From the NCBI GenBank assembly GCA_963793305.1, contig CAWBZV010000005.1, positions 352,001 to 416,000 on the forward strand: DNA of 64,000 bases, read 5' to 3'. The DNA comes from an uncultured Gemmatimonadales bacterium (lineage in GTDB: Bacteria; Gemmatimonadota; Gemmatimonadetes; Gemmatimonadales; Gemmatimonadaceae). Each line of letters opens with the position of its first letter. Within the stretch, counting starts at the first letter, position 1. The notes under the pieces were generated by a model. It searched no databases. It was not told the origin of the DNA and saw only the letters and a list, made by a program, of their open reading frames with translations. Both the position numbers and the translations under genes were made by a program. Positions 60,337 through 64,000 of this stretch are shown piece by piece.

Positions 60337-61123
60337 AGATCTCCGGATCATGGCCGGGCAGAATGAGGCTGGGATCGCTGGCGATGCGATGCATGCGATC
60401 TTGTGCCGCGACATTGGAGACCGTGTCGGCTGGCGAAAATGTCTGCGCGATCGACGCGCGCTTGGTGAGATTCTCGTACGTATAGGCGTTGTCGGACGCC
60501 AGCACGACCGTCCCCTTCGTGGTTTTGACACCCAGGTATTGCGACGCGTAGGTATGTCGCCCGCCGGTATACACGGTGATGCCGGGCATGATCTCTTTGT
60601 TGTCGCCGTCAATGAGGACCACGCGCCCGGCTTTCTTTAATTGGCCGAGCATGGCGGCGTCCGCGGTATCGATCGTATTGGCCTTTGGCCGTCCGTCGGC
60701 ATCGACGTAGTGCTCGTACTCGTCCTTCTGTATCCAGATCTTCGCGCGCGGAAAGAGATCCGCGCCGTCGAGATGGTCCCAGTGCACATGGGAGATGATG
60801 ATGTCCGTGATGGCGTCCGGCGCGAGGCCGATCTTGGCGATGGCCTCCGAGGGTCGCACGAACCCCGTCGGCTTCCACGCCTTGATGAACTTGTCGCGAT
60901 AAAATCCGGCATCGAACAGCACGACGCGATGCGGGTCGCCGGTGGGTTTGAGGGCCCACACGATGAACGCGATATTCTGCTTGCGCGTCGAGTCCGCGTG
61001 CAACACGAGCGCGTTAGTCGGCAAGCCGGTGTACCCCGCGAACTGGATGCCATAAATCTCGTACTGCGCTCTCGCTTGCTGCCCCAACAAAGCGAGGGCC
61101 GCGACTGCCGTCGTGATTTTCAT
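60290..61123 (-). CDS. Secreted metallo-beta-lactamase-fold hydrolase (AHL lactonase-like family)
   Basis: Signal peptide, SHVHWDHLDG, GRHT, LASD, PGHDP. Confidence 0.85.
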   Translation of the reverse strand: MKITTAVAALALLGQQARAQYEIYGIQFAGYTGLPTNALVLHADSTRKQNIAFIVWALKPTGDPHRVVLFDAGFYRDKFIKAWKPTGFVRPSEAIAKIGLAPDAITDIIISHVHWDHLDGADLFPRAKIWIQKDEYEHYVDADGRPKANTIDTADAAMLGQLKKAGRVVLIDGDNKEIMPGITVYTGGRHTYASQYLGVKTTKGTVVLASDNAYTYENLTKRASIAQTFSPADTVSNVAAQDRMHRIASDPSLILPGHDPEIFTRYPTPGSGVAKIQ

Positions 61124-61977
61124 GCCAGGTAGTCTACGACAACGTCGCGCAGAATGTCCCGCAGTCGCTCGACGCCGGGGCTCAACCCCCCGGCGGCAGC
61201 ATGGAGCGTGACCGGAAAGGCGCCGAGCCGGGGCAGATCGAACAACGTCTTATGCGAGACGAGCGAGCGAGGCACACCGAGCGCGCTCCGCACGGTGACG
61301 CCGAGTCCGGCCATGCCCAGCGCCCAAAGACCGGCGAGGCTCGGGCTCACGGCGGCGATCCGCCAGGGATGGCCCGCCGCGTCGAGGCTTTCGATGGCCT
61401 CTTTGCGGAACACGCACTGCGGCCCGAGGACTACGAGCGGCAGTGGTTCGTTGCGAGGCGCGAAATCCCGACGGGCGATCCACACGAGGTCAATGGTGCC
61501 GAGGGTGATGGCGTTCGGCCGTTGAGCGTGTCCAACGACGAGGACCAGGTCGATCTCGCCTTTGCTCACGGCCTCAACGAGCACGGCGTTCCCCTCGATG
61601 CGCACTTCCAATTGCACGAGCGGATAGAGTTTCGTGAACTGTGACAGGGCCCGCGGCAGTACGGTCTCGGCGAAATCCTGTGAGACCCCGACGCGAATCC
61701 GGCCGGCCAGTGACGCGCCCCGTACGGTGTCGAGGACTTCGTCGTTGAGGGCGAGCATCCGCCGCGCGTAGCGAAGGACGATCTCGCCCGCTTCGGTCAG
61801 CGCCACGCCACGTCCTGATTTGCGAAAAATCGTGGCGCCGACCGAGGCCTGCAGCTTCTTCATCTGCAGGCTGATTGCCGACGGCGTTCGTCCGAGTCGT
61901 GTCGCGGCCTGCCCATAGCCTCCCAGGTCATTCGCCACGACCAGCGTGCGCAGCGTATCGAGATCCAGGTTGATCAT
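61120..61977 (-). CDS. LysR-family regulator
   Basis: NLDLDTLRT...RTPSAISLQMKKL...LTEAGE. Confidence 0.92.
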   Translation of the reverse strand: MINLDLDTLRTLVVANDLGGYGQAATRLGRTPSAISLQMKKLQASVGATIFRKSGRGVALTEAGEIVLRYARRMLALNDEVLDTVRGASLAGRIRVGVSQDFAETVLPRALSQFTKLYPLVQLEVRIEGNAVLVEAVSKGEIDLVLVVGHAQRPNAITLGTIDLVWIARRDFAPRNEPLPLVVLGPQCVFRKEAIESLDAAGHPWRIAAVSPSLAGLWALGMAGLGVTVRSALGVPRSLVSHKTLFDLPRLGAFPVTLHAAAGGLSPGVERLRDILRDVVVDYLA

Positions 61978-62043
61978 AGTTGAGCAACGCTAACTAATTA
62001 GCCGAGAATATTCAAATTGTGTTGCGCATAATTTAAGTGTACC

Positions 62044-62610
62044 ATGCGCGTCATGACACGTCTATCGATTGTTTTGCTTTCGCTCGCCTGCGCCGCGACG
62101 CGCCTCGACGACGCCCAGGGGTTGATAACCCTCGACGACGGGGGCCACGCGATCACGTTCCAGTTCGACCGCGCGCGTCGCTTGGATCCGCCATCGCTCG
62201 CGGGCGTATGGACGCTCACGGTCGCCGACGAGATTCGCCCGGATGGCTCGCGTGTGCATGCGTACGGCGAGTATCCAGAGGGCCAGCTCATCCTCGATCC
62301 GTCAGGCCACTACTCCGTATTCGTTTTCCGGACGCCGCACACGAAGTTCGCTTCCGGCGACAAGTCGCGCGGCACCGCCGCCGAGTATGAGGCGGCGACG
62401 CGGGAAGCGAGCGCGCACTACGGGCGCTACACCGTGGACGCGACCAGTCACACACTCACGTTCGACATCGACCACGCGTCGTTCCCGAACCAAGACGGTG
62501 TCGAGCAGAAGCGCCCATACGAGCTCGTGGGGGACGATCTCACCTACCGCATCCCCCCGCGCGCCGACGGCACGATCTCGATCTCTTCGTGGCACCGGTT
62601 GGTTCGATAG
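62044..62610 (+). CDS. Lipocalin-like domain protein
   Basis: LAGVWTL, YGEYPEGQL, AHYGRYTVD, SFPN..G..QKR. Confidence 0.75.
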   Translation: MRVMTRLSIVLLSLACAATRLDDAQGLITLDDGGHAITFQFDRARRLDPPSLAGVWTLTVADEIRPDGSRVHAYGEYPEGQLILDPSGHYSVFVFRTPHTKFASGDKSRGTAAEYEAATREASAHYGRYTVDATSHTLTFDIDHASFPNQDGVEQKRPYELVGDDLTYRIPPRADGTISISSWHRLVR

Positions 62611-62652
62611 GGAGCGAACCGTTGCGGCTGGTGTTCACGATACATTGGGGTC

Positions 62653-63394
62653 ATGAGAATGCTCTATTGTCGCACTATTCATAGTCCCAGCGGTCGCACA
62701 GGCCCAATGGAAAACCCCTTGGAGCTATGAGGGCCCGCGGGGTTACGCGCACTGGGGTGATCTAGACCCCGACTACGCCACGTGCAAAACGGGCCAGGCC
62801 CAGTCCCCGATCGACATTCGCTCCACCGAGAAGGCCGATTTGGCGCCGATCCGATTCCAGTACACGAGCGCCCCGCTCAAGTACTTGATCAATAACGGCT
62901 ACACCATTCGCGTGAACTACCACGACACGTCGAGCGTTCTCGTCGTCGGCGACAAACGCTACCATCTCACCCAATTCCACTTCCATCGCCCCAGCGAGGA
63001 GTATATCCACGACAAGCCGTACGCGATGGAGCTGCACTTGATGCACACCGCGAGCGACGGCGAGATCGCCGGCGTCGCCGTGATGATCACTTCGGGCGCG
63101 GCGAACGAGACGGTCCAGCGCCTCTGGGACCACATGCCCAAGGTGAAGGGCAATGAGCAAGAGATCCCCGGCGTCGCCATTGATCCCTCTGGTCTCATTC
63201 CTCACGATCTCTCCTACTATCTGTACACGGGCTCGATCAGCGCGCCGCCATGCACCGAAGGCGTGCTCTGGTACGTGCTCGAGACGCCGATCACGCTGTC
63301 GCCCGCACAGATCGCGGCGTTCGCCGAGTTGTACCCGCACGACGTCCGGCCGCTGCAACCGCTCAACGGGCGCGTGGTCAAGGAGAGCCGCTAA
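62653..63394 (+). pseudogene. cah: Alpha-class carbonic anhydrase; +1 frameshift near 62665 in the signal peptide (probably a sequencing indel)
   Basis: WSYEG..G..HWG, QSPIDI, QFHFH.PSE, ELHLMH, GSISAPPCTEGV.W, RPLQPLNGR. ATG 62653 is one base out of frame with the mature domain. Confidence 0.85.
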
Positions 63395-63403
63395 TTTGAC
63401 GGA

Positions 63404-64000
63404 GTGAAGGCCACACGGCAGCTCGCTCGCCTCGGGGCGCTCGTCGGCGCCTGGTGCGCTGTCGTGCTGTTCACGGCGAGCCAATACTCGCTGATCTACA
63501 CCGCCACGGGTGGCGCGGCCCACTTCCCGATGGCTCTCCGGGTCTCGGCCCTGCAGTGGCTGCCCTGGCTCGTCATCGGCCCGTGCGTCGTGCTCTTGGC
63601 CCAACGCTTCCCGCTGCGCGGCGCTCACTGGCCGCAACACCTGGCCATTCACCTGCTCGCCACCGTTGTCGTCGCCGCGGTCGTCACGCGCTCGTTCGGC
63701 GCGGCATTTTTGCGCAATGTCCATTCGGAGGCGATCGTCTATTGGCTGCTGGTCGCCAGCACCCACCTGGCCGACTCGCTCCGCCGCGCGCGCGAGCGCG
63801 AAAGCCACGTGTCCCGTCTCGAGGTACAGCTCGCCGATGCCCGCCTGGCCGCGCTCCAGTCGCAGCTTCACCCGCACTTCCTGTTCAACACCCTGCACGC
63901 CGTGTCATCACTGATCCACGAGGATGCCGACGGGGCCGAAGATATGCTCACCGCGTTGAGCGATCTCCTCCGCACGACGCTCAGCCGCGGCAGCCAACGC
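63404..64000 (+). CDS. LytS/YehU-type membrane histidine kinase; runs off the window end
   Basis: Manual translation: TM helices, then ARLAALQSQLHPHFLFNTLHAVSSLI. Not in the ORF track. Confidence 0.85.
   Translation, partial: MKATRQLARLGALVGAWCAVVLFTASQYSLIYTATGGAAHFPMALRVSALQWLPWLVIGPCVVLLAQRFPLRGAHWPQHLAIHLLATVVVAAVVTRSFGAAFLRNVHSEAIVYWLLVASTHLADSLRRARERESHVSRLEVQLADARLAALQSQLHPHFLFNTLHAVSSLIHEDADGAEDMLTALSDLLRTTLSRGSQR

Overview
A high-GC bacterial chromosomal window. Gene style and content suggest Gemmatimonadota, but this is inference. The left part is mostly housekeeping: phoR/phoB, add-punA, thiD, TrmH methylase, pilD, lon and ffh-rpsP-rimM-trmD-rplS-rnhB. The right part is accessory: a 3-keto-glycoside (Gul/Thu-like) cluster, a PQQ alcohol dehydrogenase with the lanthanide-type Asp plus cytochrome c, a Ser/Thr kinase, regulators and carbonic anhydrase. 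Three main signals are absent from the ORF track. (1) A 56-aa ORF (35710-35880, minus) with a lasso-like WxxP leader and a Ser/Thr/Cys-rich tail heads an HprK-like kinase, nucleotidyltransferase and PqqD/RRE operon that has no lasso cyclase or protease; this is a candidate new RiPP class. (2) A tRNA-Lys(UUU) gene is split at 34/35 by a 223-nt Azoarcus-like group I intron. (3) A roughly 50-75 bp multi-hairpin repeat occurs four times, three times inside coding regions, and adds near-identical N-terminal peptides to two unrelated enzymes. Also present: an orphan Hcp-like gene, a Clp ATPase with a single AAA module, a triplicated RBS/ATGA junction and many apparently leaderless genes. Six +1 frameshifts look like sequencing indels. 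No CRISPR array, rRNA, integrase or transposase was seen.
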